From an uncultured delta proteobacterium (lineage in GTDB: Bacteria; Desulfobacterota; RBG-13-43-22), in contig CAWBOS010000006.1 in assembly GCA_963790475.1 (NCBI GenBank), positions 736,001 through 800,000 on the forward strand: a DNA stretch of 64,000 nt, in the 5' to 3' direction. The first letter of the stretch is position 1, and every line of letters begins with the position of its first letter. The notes under the pieces were generated by a model. That model searched no databases, had not been told where the DNA came from, and was given only the letters and a program-made list of their open reading frames with translations. This document shows positions 28,480-38,191 of the stretch, piece after piece. The position numbers were made by a program, and so were the translations under genes.

Positions 28480-29613
28480 TTAGACCAGTTTCTTTTTAAA
28501 TTTTCTATTAGCCAAGATAAACATCAACAAGGCAAAAAAAATCAGGAAAATCCCTTCCGCTGCCAGAACCCTGGGGCCGACACCTTTTAAGTAAATCCCT
28601 TTTAAGAGGGTGACGAAATATTTGGCCGGGATGAAATAAGTAATTCCCTGCAGCACCTTGGGCATACTGCGGATCGGATAAGCAAAACCGGAAAGTAAGA
28701 AGGCCGGTAAAAAGGTAGCGACCATGGCGATTTGACTGGCTAACAACTGGCTTTTGGCAACGATGCTGATCAGCAGACCCAGGGACAAGGTCCCGACCAA
28801 AAAAACGGCGGCCTGGCCGAAGATCAGGGCCGGGTTACCCCGGAGAGGGACATGGAAAAGAAACTCCCCCATCAGGACGGCCAGAAGGACATCAAACATC
28901 CCGATACAAAAATATGGGAACAGTTTTCCAAGGATCAATTCCGGGGCCTTGACCGGCGTGGAAATCAATTGCTCCATGGTCCCTTGTTCCCATTCCCGGG
29001 CAACGGTCAGAGAGGTCAATAAGGCGGCTATCACCATCATGATGACTGCGATGAGTCCGGGGATAATATAATTCCTGGATTCCAGGTCGGCGTTGAACCA
29101 GACCCGGGGCTGGAAGTCAATGGGAGGGTTAAAGGTACGCCCCCCTTTCCGTTGAATTTCTTTCAGGGCGATGTCCTGATTAAAGCGTATAGTGATTCCT
29201 TCGGCATAGCCCATGGCAATGGTAGCCGTGTTGGAATCGCTTCCGTCCATGATCAACTGGAGAGGGGCCTTGCGCCCCGATGCCAGGCGGCCGGAAAAAT
29301 CCGGCGGGATAATCAGCGCGGCCAAAGCCTGGCGGGAGTCAATAGCTTCTTCAACTTCCCGGTAGTTATTCATAAAACCATGGAGAGAAAAATAGCGAGA
29401 GCCCAAGAAGCGGCTGACTATTTCCCGGCTGACCAGGGATCGGTTTTGGTCCCAAATAACCACAGGCACTTTATCCACGTCCAGGGTCAAGGCATATCCG
29501 AAAAGGATCAGCATGATCATGGGCATGGCAATGCCCATCCCCAGGCTTCTCGGATCCCGGAAGACATGAATGAATTCCTTACGGGCCATAGCCCAGGTGC
29601 GCATAAATTTCAT
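28480..29613 (-). CDS. ABC-2 transporter permease (YbhS-like)
   Basis: KEFIHVFRD, AREWEQGTMEQL. Confidence 0.92.
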   Translation of the reverse strand: MKFMRTWAMARKEFIHVFRDPRSLGMGIAMPMIMLILFGYALTLDVDKVPVVIWDQNRSLVSREIVSRFLGSRYFSLHGFMNNYREVEEAIDSRQALAALIIPPDFSGRLASGRKAPLQLIMDGSDSNTATIAMGYAEGITIRFNQDIALKEIQRKGGRTFNPPIDFQPRVWFNADLESRNYIIPGLIAVIMMVIAALLTSLTVAREWEQGTMEQLISTPVKAPELILGKLFPYFCIGMFDVLLAVLMGEFLFHVPLRGNPALIFGQAAVFLVGTLSLGLLISIVAKSQLLASQIAMVATFLPAFLLSGFAYPIRSMPKVLQGITYFIPAKYFVTLLKGIYLKGVGPRVLAAEGIFLIFFALLMFILANRKFKKKLV

Positions 29614-30584
29614 TTCCGAACCTCTTCTTGAGGCTGCTCGGCTCGGTCCCGGGCCTCGATCAGGGAAACAAAGACGTCTTCCAGGGATGGGAGGATTTTC
29701 TCGATCTGAAAAACCTTGAAACCTCGTTCAACCAAAGTCCTTCGTATGTTCTCAACGGCCTTCTCAGCATCCTCCACCACAATATGAATCCCCTTTCCGA
29801 AAAGGGCGGTCTCCCGGACATAGGATAGGTTTTCAAGAAATTCCATGGCTTCCTGGGGCCGTTCGCACAGACATTCCAGAACATCCTCTTTCATCCATTG
29901 GGTCTTCAGTACTTCCGGAGTCCCCAGGGCAATCAGTTCTCCCCGATAAATCAAGCCGATCCGGTCGCAGTACTCGGCCTCATCCATATAATGGGTGGTC
30001 ACAAAAACCGTCACCCCTTTGCCCGCCAATTCATAAATGAGATCCCAGAAGCGGCGACGGCTGATCGGGTCCACGCCGGAAGTGGGTTCGTCCAAAAAAA
30101 TGATCGGCGGTTCGTGGAGAATAGCACACCCCAAGGCCAGGCGTTGTTTCCAGCCTCCGGAGAGCTCGGCTGTTCGCGAATGGCGATGGTCTTCCAGGTC
30201 GGCCATCCGCAGCACCCAATCTTTCCGTTGTTCTTTTTTCTGCTCGGGAATATTGTAGATGCCGCTGTAGAAGTTGATGTTTTCTTCCACAGTCAGATCT
30301 TCATAGAGGGAAAATTTCTGACTCATATACCCGATGTGGGTCTTGATCTTTTCCGCTTCTCGCAAGATATCAAACCCGGCTACTGTACCCGAGCCGCCGC
30401 TGGGGGCCAAAATCCCGCAGAGGATACGGATAGTGGTGGACTTGCCGGCCCCATTAGGACCCAGAAACCCAAAAATCTCTCCTTTTTTTACCTCAAAACT
30501 GATCCGGTTTACAGCCATGAAACTGCCGAAACGCCTTTCCAGATCCTTTACGACGACCGCATTATTATTTCCGAACCCTTCCAT
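29610..30584 (-). CDS. ABC transporter ATP-binding protein (YbhF C-half-like)
   Basis: GPNGAGKS, LSGGWKQR, LDEPT. Confidence 0.95.
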   Translation of the reverse strand: MEGFGNNNAVVVKDLERRFGSFMAVNRISFEVKKGEIFGFLGPNGAGKSTTIRILCGILAPSGGSGTVAGFDILREAEKIKTHIGYMSQKFSLYEDLTVEENINFYSGIYNIPEQKKEQRKDWVLRMADLEDHRHSRTAELSGGWKQRLALGCAILHEPPIIFLDEPTSGVDPISRRRFWDLIYELAGKGVTVFVTTHYMDEAEYCDRIGLIYRGELIALGTPEVLKTQWMKEDVLECLCERPQEAMEFLENLSYVRETALFGKGIHIVVEDAEKAVENIRRTLVERGFKVFQIEKILPSLEDVFVSLIEARDRAEQPQEEVRK

Positions 30585-30664
30585 AATTAACGGATCATAG
30601 CCCTTTCCTGGTCTTCATGCCGGTGGAATCCGGAATCCGGTGAAAAAAAAGATCTTAGGATTCA

Positions 30665-31645
30665 TCAGGAGTCCCCGCTTTTCTGAGAAAGATCTGTCTG
30701 AGCAAGTCCAATAGGAAGATTATCCATTTGTTGAGATACAACCGATATAAAGACATCTTCAAGAGAAGGTTCAATGGGCCTGATCCCCGCCGAGGAGAAA
30801 CCGGCCTGAGTGATGATCTTTTCAACATTTTGCAAATTTTCATCGGAATTTTCGGTAACCAGGTGGATCCGATCACCTAACAGACCCACCGAATCGCTAG
30901 CATAATGTTCCCTAAGCAGGGCTTTAACCTTCCGTGGCTGGTCGGAACGAATCTCCAGGATCGTTCCCTTCATGAGCTGTTTCATTTCTTCGGGAATCCC
31001 CATGGCCAATATTTTTCCTTTATGAATAAGGCCGATCCTATTACACCTTTCCGCCTCATCCAGATAAGCGGTAGAAATAAAAATAGTCACCTTTTCTTTG
31101 AGCAGTTGATAAAGGATGCGCCAGAAGTCCCTCCGGGAAACCGGGTCCACTCCATTGGTCGGCTCATCGAGGAATAAAACTTCGGGGGTATGGATCAGGG
31201 CACAGACCAGTCCCAATTTCTGTTTCATCCCCCCGGAAAGATTCCCGGCCTGTCTTTTTCTGAAAGCAGTCAGGTTACTGAAACTTAAGAGGCGGTTGAT
31301 TTTTTCTTCCCGCCCCTTTCGGGGGACCCCGTAAATATCGGCATAAAATAAAATATTTTCCATCACCGTAAGATCGGGATAGAGACCGAAACGCTGGCTC
31401 ATGTATCCGATTTTCTCCTTGATGGCTTCCGGGTCTTTGGCAATGGAGTGGCCGGCCACCCAGGCCTCCCCGGAGGTGGGATCGAGGATAGCCGTAAGCA
31501 AACGCATGGTCGTGGTCTTGCCGGCGCCGTCGGGGCCTACCAACCCGAAGATCTCACCCACGGGGATTTCCAGATTAAGGGAGTCCACGGCGGTCAGTTC
31601 CTTGAAGATTTTCGTCAGGTTTTCGGTTTTTATTGCTGCCGACAT
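30665..31645 (-). CDS. ABC transporter ATP-binding protein (YbhF N-half-like)
   Basis: GPDGAGKT, LSGGMKQK, LDEPT; start moved to MSAAIK. Confidence 0.93.
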   Translation of the reverse strand: MSAAIKTENLTKIFKELTAVDSLNLEIPVGEIFGLVGPDGAGKTTTMRLLTAILDPTSGEAWVAGHSIAKDPEAIKEKIGYMSQRFGLYPDLTVMENILFYADIYGVPRKGREEKINRLLSFSNLTAFRKRQAGNLSGGMKQKLGLVCALIHTPEVLFLDEPTNGVDPVSRRDFWRILYQLLKEKVTIFISTAYLDEAERCNRIGLIHKGKILAMGIPEEMKQLMKGTILEIRSDQPRKVKALLREHYASDSVGLLGDRIHLVTENSDENLQNVEKIITQAGFSSAGIRPIEPSLEDVFISVVSQQMDNLPIGLAQTDLSQKSGDS

Positions 31646-31740
31646 TTTAAAGCTTTTCATCACTCTTTTTGAGGGAATAGAGAAAATGTAACAATTTAGG
31701 TTTTGAAACTTTTGCTCTATTAGAAAATCATTAGAACCCA

Positions 31741-31815
31741 AATCCCCTCAATCCCTCTTTTCAAAGGGGGAAGTTTTTCCCCCTCCCTTTGGGAAAGGGA
31801 GGTCGGGAGGGATTT
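31741..31815. repeat. Inverted pair of REP-like C/G-run palindromes
   Basis: aatcccctcaatccctcttttcaaaggggg and ccctccctttgggaaagggaggtcgggagggatt. Confidence 0.85.
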
Positions 31816-31898
31816 ATGAAGGCTTTTTCAATTAAATTAAACTGATGCCGAAGATTTAATATTCGGTATCTATTTTTTTCTTATTCATCGGTCTCTTC

Positions 31899-31933
31899 TT
31901 CCCCCCCTTTGAAAAAGGGGGTAGGGGGGATTT
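31899..31933 (-). repeat. REP-like palindrome, downstream flank of DUF559 gene
   Basis: ttccccccctttgaaaaagggggtaggggggattt, near-perfect inverse of 32319-32354. Confidence 0.9.
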
Positions 31934-31934
31934 T

Positions 31935-32297
31935 TTATTTTGGCTGTTCTGTAATCGTCCGATGAATCACCGACAACACAGCATCTGTTTCAATTAAAAC
32001 AACTCTGCTATTAAACCGTAACACCTTAAGACCTAAGCTGGCTAAATATTCGTCACGATTCTTATCCTTTTGGGAGTGATCATCTTCAATATGTTGAGAT
32101 CCATCCACTTCAATAACCAATTTGACCCTTGGCGCAAAGAAATCTATAATGTATTGACCAATGGGTTTCTGACGGTAACATTGAATCCCCTCAATTTGTT
32201 TCCTCCGAAGGCGAGACCACAGAGTGCTTTCACTATCTGTTTGTTCCTTGCGCAATTGACGCGCATTACCTTTAAGGTTGGTTGAATATTGCAACAT
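31935..32297 (-). CDS. DUF559 / Vsr-like endonuclease
   Basis: ARQLRKEQTDSESTLW, RQKPIG.YIIDF, LVIEVDGSQH, RD.YL...G..VLRF; ATG 32297 with GAGG RBS. Confidence 0.9.
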   Translation of the reverse strand: MLQYSTNLKGNARQLRKEQTDSESTLWSRLRRKQIEGIQCYRQKPIGQYIIDFFAPRVKLVIEVDGSQHIEDDHSQKDKNRDEYLASLGLKVLRFNSRVVLIETDAVLSVIHRTITEQPK

Positions 32298-32318
32298 GCG
32301 TACCTCTTTATAATTTAA

Positions 32319-32354
32319 AAATCCCCCCTTACCCCCCTTTTCCAAAGGGGGGAA
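32319..32354 (+). repeat. REP-like palindrome, upstream flank of DUF559 gene
   Basis: aaatccccccttaccccccttttccaaaggggggaa. Confidence 0.9.
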
Positions 32355-32403
32355 TTTAAATTTAACATTTAAGCCCCACAAATAAAAAACGTTTTCATTT
32401 ACT

Positions 32404-33390
32404 TTATTTCAACAGGATCTCCCCATCAGCCGGCATGCCGGGTTTCAACTCCATATTGAGATTGGGGATCTCCACTTTGATCCGATAGACCAGTTTTACC
32501 CGCTCTTTTTGGGTCTGAACATTTTTGGGAGTGAACTCGGCCTGAGGGGCAATGAAAGAAATCTTACCCTCGTAATTTTTACCGGGGAAAGTATCGGTAA
32601 TTATTTTTACCTGTTGTCCCACCTTGACCCGCCCCAAGTCGGTTTCATTAATATAGGCCCGCAAATAAACCCGGCTCAAATCACCCATGGAAATGACCGG
32701 AGTTCCAGGGGAAACATATTCTCCCGGTTGAACGTTTTCGGAAAGGACCATCCCTGAAATGGGAGAGGTGAGGGTTGCATAATTCATCCTGGTCTCCGCC
32801 AGTCCCAGGGCTTGTTCGGCCTGCCCCAGGGCCGCACGGGCCTGATCGATTTTTTCCTTCCGGGGCCCCTTACGGACCAAGGTCAAGGCCTCCTTGGCCT
32901 CACGGATTCGGGCTTCAGTGCCCTCAAAAGCGGTTTTGGCCTGGTCGAATTCACGAGTGGAGATCACTTCCCTTTCATACAGCCTTTTCTGCCTTTCGAA
33001 TTCATCCCTGGTCCGGCTCCCATCGGCCTGCACTCGTTCCAGAACGGCCTCGGCCTGAGCAATTTCTTCAGGCCGCGATCCGGTTTGCGCTTCTGCCAAA
33101 ACGGACCGGGCGGCTGCCACCTGGTCCCTGCGCTGGGCAATTTCCAACTTCAGGTCTTTGTCGTCCAGGCGGGCCACCAGCTGGCCAACGGTTAGCATAT
33201 CTCCTTCGAATACCGGTCGCTCCTCGACCCGCCCCGGAATCTTGAAACTGACCTCCACATCAGTGATCTCGATGTTACCTGAAACACGAATACGATTCAC
33301 ATCCGGGGTTTGATGATTCTTAAAATAAAAAATTCCGGCAACCGCGGCGGCGATTACCACCAAAGCAAGGATGATGATCTTCTTTCTCAT
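32404..33390 (-). CDS. HlyD-family periplasmic adaptor (YbhG-like)
   Basis: N-terminal TM, SGNIE, AEFTPKNVQT, LKPGMPAD. Confidence 0.92.
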   Translation of the reverse strand: MRKKIIILALVVIAAAVAGIFYFKNHQTPDVNRIRVSGNIEITDVEVSFKIPGRVEERPVFEGDMLTVGQLVARLDDKDLKLEIAQRRDQVAAARSVLAEAQTGSRPEEIAQAEAVLERVQADGSRTRDEFERQKRLYEREVISTREFDQAKTAFEGTEARIREAKEALTLVRKGPRKEKIDQARAALGQAEQALGLAETRMNYATLTSPISGMVLSENVQPGEYVSPGTPVISMGDLSRVYLRAYINETDLGRVKVGQQVKIITDTFPGKNYEGKISFIAPQAEFTPKNVQTQKERVKLVYRIKVEIPNLNMELKPGMPADGEILLK

Positions 33391-33403
33391 TTTTACCCTC
33401 TTT

Positions 33404-33634
33404 TCACCCGCTTTTCTTAACAAAGACATGGAAAGTCCCTCTATCTTCTTCCACGCCCAGACATTCGTGACCGGTCTGCCGGCACCAGCTTGGCATATCC
33501 TGTTCTATGCCTTTGTCATCGGCCAGGATTTCCAGTATCTGTCCCGGTTTCAACGTCTTTATTTTTTTGGCTGTTTCTATAATAGGCATAGGGCAGTAAA
33601 GCCCTACGCAATCCAGAATTTCGTCTGCTTTCAT
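33404..33634 (-). CDS. tusA: Sulfur carrier protein TusA/SirA family
   Basis: LDCVGLYCPMP, ADD, WC...GH. Confidence 0.92.
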   Translation of the reverse strand: MKADEILDCVGLYCPMPIIETAKKIKTLKPGQILEILADDKGIEQDMPSWCRQTGHECLGVEEDRGTFHVFVKKSG

Positions 33635-33645
33635 GGCCTCTCCCC

Positions 33646-33827
33646 CTAAATAAACAGATTGATCTCGCTCTCCCTGGCGGCGGCCATAATAATGGCTACG
33701 CCGGCAAAACTAATCAACCTCCGGGATAGGCCGGCAATTGCCCTCCGAAGGCCGAACTAAAAGTGGCCAAGGCCTTAACCATCTCACCGCTAAAGACGAT
33801 GATGGTTCTTTGTTCCTTCTCAGTCAT
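33646..33827 (-). pseudogene. Internally deleted DsrE2-like (DsrE/DsrF family) sulfurtransferase remnant
   Basis: N-terminal MTEKEQRTIIVFSGEMVKALATF and C-terminal FAGVAIIMAAARESEINLFI* separated by frameshift and stops; adjacent to tusA. Confidence 0.75.
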
Positions 33828-33885
33828 TTCTTCCTCTTTCCCTTTTCCCTGCTTTGGTTCTTCAAGGCAATAAACCGGCATGGTT

Positions 33886-35082
33886 TCAACTCTTTCCTTC
33901 CTTTATAAATTTAGCATATAAGGGAGACATCTGTCGCAGCCGGTCCACGATGGGCGAAAATTTTTCCAGCAGGTAATCGATGTCTTCTTCATGGGTTTCG
34001 AAACCGAGGGTCAGCAACAGGGACCCTTGGGCGATTTCAGGGGGCAATCCCATGGCCAGGAGGACGTGGGAAGCCTTAAGGGCCTTCGAGGTGCAAGCTG
34101 ATCCGCTGGAGACAGCAATGCCATCCAGGCTCATGAACAACAGCATAGCTTCCCCTTCAATGAATTCAACGCAGAAACTGGCATGATGAGGAAGGCGACG
34201 GCTGGGATGACCGGTAAGGACCACGTGGTCGATTTTCTTCATCATCCCTTCAATCAAGCGGTCACGAAGTTTGGAAAAGCGGGCCGAGCGTGGAGCCATA
34301 TCCCTTTTGGCAATCTCGGCCGCCTTGCCCAGACCAACGAAAGCAGGCACATCCTCAGTCCCCGGTCTTCGCCCGTTTTCCTGGATACCGCCATCCATCT
34401 GGGGGATCAGTCGGACCCCTTTTCGCAGCCATAAGGCGCCCGAACCCTTGGGCCCATAAAACTGATTCCCGGCCAGGCTCAGGGCATCAATCTTGAGTTC
34501 CTGGACATCGACCGGTATATTTCCGGTGCTGGCAACTGCATCGGTATGAAAAAGGACTCCAGCCTCTTTCACTTTTTGAGCGATCTCCAAAATCGGTTGA
34601 ATAGTACCGACCTCTCCATTGGAGTGCATAATAGACACCAGGATGGTATCTTTCCGGATTGTCTTACTCACGTCATCGGGATTAATCAAGCCGTACTTAT
34701 CAACCGGCACTAAGCTGAATTCATATCCGGCCTTTTCCATCCTGCGGACGGTATTGAGCACGGAGAAATGCTCTATGGCCGATACTACGATATGTTTCCC
34801 TTTACCAAGTTGCCCTTGAGCCAATCCTTTTATGGCCAGATTATTGGATTCAGTACCGCTGGCGGTAAAGATGATTTCTTCGTCGTTTCCGTTGATAAGG
34901 GAGGCGACCTGTTCGCGGGCGGTATCCAAGGCCTCTCGGCTCTGTTCACCCCAGTCATGAATGGACTGGGGATTGCCGTAGATGTCCCTGAAATAGGGAA
35001 GCATGGCCTCCATCACCTCAGGTAATACCGGTGCCCCGGCAATGTAGTCAAGATAGACTTTACGATCCGTTGTTGTTTCCAA
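33886..35082 (-). CDS. Second IscS/NifS-like protein with atypical active site (HK replaced by NQ)
   Basis: FTASGTE, IEH, SSGSACTS, RLRQMSPLY; AGNQFYGPKG. Confidence 0.9.
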   Translation of the reverse strand: METTTDRKVYLDYIAGAPVLPEVMEAMLPYFRDIYGNPQSIHDWGEQSREALDTAREQVASLINGNDEEIIFTASGTESNNLAIKGLAQGQLGKGKHIVVSAIEHFSVLNTVRRMEKAGYEFSLVPVDKYGLINPDDVSKTIRKDTILVSIMHSNGEVGTIQPILEIAQKVKEAGVLFHTDAVASTGNIPVDVQELKIDALSLAGNQFYGPKGSGALWLRKGVRLIPQMDGGIQENGRRPGTEDVPAFVGLGKAAEIAKRDMAPRSARFSKLRDRLIEGMMKKIDHVVLTGHPSRRLPHHASFCVEFIEGEAMLLFMSLDGIAVSSGSACTSKALKASHVLLAMGLPPEIAQGSLLLTLGFETHEEDIDYLLEKFSPIVDRLRQMSPLYAKFIKEGKS

Positions 35083-35145
35083 GATGGTTTACCTCCTTAC
35101 TGAATTTGGCATTTCCTGTCAGGGTCTAATCCTCTGTCCTTTAAG

Positions 35146-35334
35146 TTATTCCTCCCAATGGATGCAGGAGACCGGACAGGTATCAATGGCCTCATCGATA
35201 CACTCTTTGGATCCTCCTTCAGGCAAAATCACTTCAGCTTTTTCTTTTTCTTCGTTCAGTTGAAAGACTTCCGGGCAGAGTTCCGAACAGCTTCCACAGC
35301 CGATACATTCCTCTTCTTTTATGATTACTTTCAA
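35146..35334 (-). CDS. Single-cluster 4Fe-4S ferredoxin
   Basis: CIGCGSC...CP...CPVSCI. Confidence 0.93.
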   Translation of the reverse strand: MKVIIKEEECIGCGSCSELCPEVFQLNEEKEKAEVILPEGGSKECIDEAIDTCPVSCIHWEE

Positions 35335-35503
35335 TCGGTCCTTCTTTTTATCATTTATGACTTGATTTCTAGAGTATAAGGGAAATGAGTAGAATCAAAG
35401 GGCTTCATTCTCCAACGACCATCGTATCCTCCAGTTGCCTCCCTCTATGCCCGATACAGAGCTCCTGGTTGACCGCGGTAAAACCCCAATCCAGGAAATA
35501 TTT

Positions 35504-36052
35504 TCAGTCACCCTTCAACAATTTTTCCGCTTCACTGATTTTATTTTTGTATATAAGGTGAATCAAGTTTTTATCGAATTCCCATTCTTCCTGCAGCATA
35601 ACTTCTTGCTCCTCCTTGCTGAAGTATTTCATGATGGGCATGAAAAAGTGCCGGTCCTCCTTTTCGATATGCTTAGGATAAAAATCGATCAGGAACTTCA
35701 ACCGGTCGAGCATAATGCTTAAGGCTTCTCGATCTCCTTCCAAATATTGTCTTTTGGCTTTGACCAGATCAGCCACGGTCTTCCTGCCTTGCTGATGTTC
35801 TTCCATCAGTTCATCCATGATCTGTTTTTCTTCGACGGACAGGGCCTTTTTGCTCAAGTCCCGGAAGAGGATATCTTCCTCTTTTCCGTGGTGGCAGCGG
35901 TCGGCATAAACACGGATGAAATCGACGGCCAGATCGATGAATTCAGGGTTTATCTTATTTTGCTGTTCCCCTTGGTTAATTTCCTTTTGAATTACCGCGA
36001 GCATCTTTTCGATCAGTCGGTGTTCGATCATCAGGGGGGCTATGGGTAACAT
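35504..36052 (-). CDS. Hemerythrin/HHE domain protein
   Basis: EH, HHGKEEDILF, EH, HIEKED motifs. Confidence 0.9.
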   Translation of the reverse strand: MLPIAPLMIEHRLIEKMLAVIQKEINQGEQQNKINPEFIDLAVDFIRVYADRCHHGKEEDILFRDLSKKALSVEEKQIMDELMEEHQQGRKTVADLVKAKRQYLEGDREALSIMLDRLKFLIDFYPKHIEKEDRHFFMPIMKYFSKEEQEVMLQEEWEFDKNLIHLIYKNKISEAEKLLKGD

Positions 36053-36064
36053 GGTAAAACCTCC

Positions 36065-36718
36065 TTATAAATTTTTTGCCTTTTTAGAGATCCTGTCCTT
36101 AAAAGGCCCGACCGCCGGGATGTCTATCTTAAGGGCCTTTTCAAAAATCGGCCAAGCCTTTTTTATATGTTTTGAAGCGTCGAACTTGCCCTGGCTCAAA
36201 TACCAGAGTATGGCCGGAGGTTGAATAAGCCCCAAATAAATAACCGAAACCGTAGCGGGGTCGAGGCCAGGCTTGATCTGGCCCATCTGTTGACCCTTTT
36301 GGATGATCTCGGTTACCTGCCCCAGGATTTCCAGGATAATTCTATAGATGGCCGTTCTTCTCAGGGGATGCGAAGCCGATATTTCGTCGGAAAAAACGAT
36401 CCGGGGGATGGCCTGAAATTCTTGAATCATCTGGATATGGCGCATCATGAGTCTTTTAAGCTGATCCAAAGGCCGGGGAGATTCCCGGCGCACCGACCGG
36501 ACATTTTCGGCAATCAGGTCTCGGACCAATTCTATGGTCGATTCCAGGATTTCTTCTTTCCCTTTAAAATGGCGGTAAAGGGCCGAAGGGACCAGCCCGA
36601 CTCTTCGGGCTACCGCGGCAACACTTAACCCTTTCACCCCTTGGCGGGCGATCAAGGACATGGCCGCCCCGGCAATCTGCCTCTTCCGTATTTCGCTGGT
36701 CAGTTTTTCGGCTCTCAT
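36065..36718 (-). CDS. TetR/AcrR family regulator
   Basis: HTH VARRVGLVPSALYRHFKGKEEIL. Confidence 0.93.
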   Translation of the reverse strand: MRAEKLTSEIRKRQIAGAAMSLIARQGVKGLSVAAVARRVGLVPSALYRHFKGKEEILESTIELVRDLIAENVRSVRRESPRPLDQLKRLMMRHIQMIQEFQAIPRIVFSDEISASHPLRRTAIYRIILEILGQVTEIIQKGQQMGQIKPGLDPATVSVIYLGLIQPPAILWYLSQGKFDASKHIKKAWPIFEKALKIDIPAVGPFKDRISKKAKNL

Positions 36719-36728
36719 AATTGGTAAC

Positions 36729-36777
36729 AATAGTGAATTGTGATTCACTATTTTAAAACATTAAACAAACCTGTCAA
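36729..36777 (-). promoter_or_regulatory. Promoter with overlapping TetR-type operator
   Basis: TTGACA-N16-TAAAAT; perfect IR AATAGTGAAT-N4-ATTCACTATT at 36729-36752. Confidence 0.8.
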
Positions 36778-36956
36778 GAAAAATTTTACGGTGCGACGAG
36801 GGGGATAGAAGAATTCTGAAAATCGGCCTTTCAGGGGAGGGATAATGCGGAGTCGTCCTAAAGAGCCCGCCTGAGGTGTTCATGTATTATCTTTGTTCCT
36901 ATCAATAAATTGATTTAATCTGAGAATTCACAAAACTACCGCGATTCCTTGTGTTT

Positions 36957-37802
36957 CTATCCTATCCATTCCCTGAGAGTTGAAATTTCCCCGGCCAGAT
37001 CCTGGGCCTGGGGGTGGACCTCGATGGAAATGCTTCCCTGGTAATCGAGGTCCCGTAAACGTCGAATACAGGTCTTGAGATCCACGTAACCGTTTCTAAG
37101 ACCCTGGTGCTGATCGAAAGTTCCGTCGTTATTATGCAGGTGGACGTTGTTCAAAATATCCAGACAAGCGCTCAGAGCGTCGGCCACGGTGCCGTAACGC
37201 TTATAGGGGGGTTCGGGACCGCGTTTGGTAAGGTTGGCGTGGCCGGTATCAAAGGTCATGGCTACGGGCAGACCATCCTCATTTTTGAGCCTGCGGATCA
37301 AGGCCGCGCACTCTCCTATGTCATGCAGATTCATGGCGTTTTCAATGGAAAGGGTCATGCTGGAACCTTTACATAAACCGGCCAGGCGGGTGAAGGCCAA
37401 ATACTGCCGATGTGGTTCACGCGCCGTCATGATCCCTTCGGTCGTGCCGGTGGCATGGGCCACTGCATAATCAAGGTTCAGCCTTTTGCCAATCTCGATG
37501 GCCAAGCGCATCTGTTCCATGGCATCGTCCCGAACCCGCTCATTGACACTGATCACGTTAAGGGCAAAAAAGGGCAGATGAGCCCCGGTACGCTGAAAAT
37601 GGCTTAAGAAGGCCTCGACCTCCCGAAATTCATTTTCTTCCCATTCCCATGGATAGGGGGCGAATCTCCGCCCGATACCTTCCAGAACCAGTTCGACGCT
37701 GGTCAAATTAAACTGTTCCTGAAGCCTCAGGACCATTTCACGGGCCTCGCTTCGAGTGTGGCGATCATGGTCAATGGCGCTCAAGCAAATACCGATATGC
37801 AT
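36957..37802 (-). CDS. Sugar phosphate isomerase/epimerase (xylose isomerase-like TIM barrel)
   Basis: HLPF, IEN, FDTGHA, VHLHNN, DQH, SIE. Confidence 0.85.
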   Translation of the reverse strand: MHIGICLSAIDHDRHTRSEAREMVLRLQEQFNLTSVELVLEGIGRRFAPYPWEWEENEFREVEAFLSHFQRTGAHLPFFALNVISVNERVRDDAMEQMRLAIEIGKRLNLDYAVAHATGTTEGIMTAREPHRQYLAFTRLAGLCKGSSMTLSIENAMNLHDIGECAALIRRLKNEDGLPVAMTFDTGHANLTKRGPEPPYKRYGTVADALSACLDILNNVHLHNNDGTFDQHQGLRNGYVDLKTCIRRLRDLDYQGSISIEVHPQAQDLAGEISTLREWIG

Positions 37803-38191
37803 GGCGATCTCCTTTCAAAATTCTAGAAAACCTTCAGCCCACGGCTGAATCGTTTTTATAGCTTCCTTATTTTATCAAAAAATACTTCTACTGTCTTCGG
37901 TACCGGGGTTTCTCGACTCCACCTCAATAAAACAACTTGATGGAAGTTTTACACCACATTGAGGGAAGTTAGTCAAGATAGAAAGAGACAATCACCCCGG
38001 ATTTAAGTGAAATAGCTCCATTGGAGGCCAAGGAAAAATAAAATGATCACCCTCATCCTTTCCGAAGGCTCCTATTTCCCCGAGGAGAATTTAGAATTTG
38101 TATTAAGATTCAAGAGTAGATCTAATCCCTTTTCATAAATTTCTTGCTTTAGTGAATAAAAAATGAAATCCTCTATGAAAAGGAGAGGGAA

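Noticed and set aside
31741-32354. C/G-run repeats as a CRISPR array
   Set aside because: Inverted, irregularly spaced, no spacers or cas genes; no CRISPR array seen in the window
35390-35500. Possible small ferredoxin-like gene fragment
   Set aside because: Only one Cys and no start; similarity too weak
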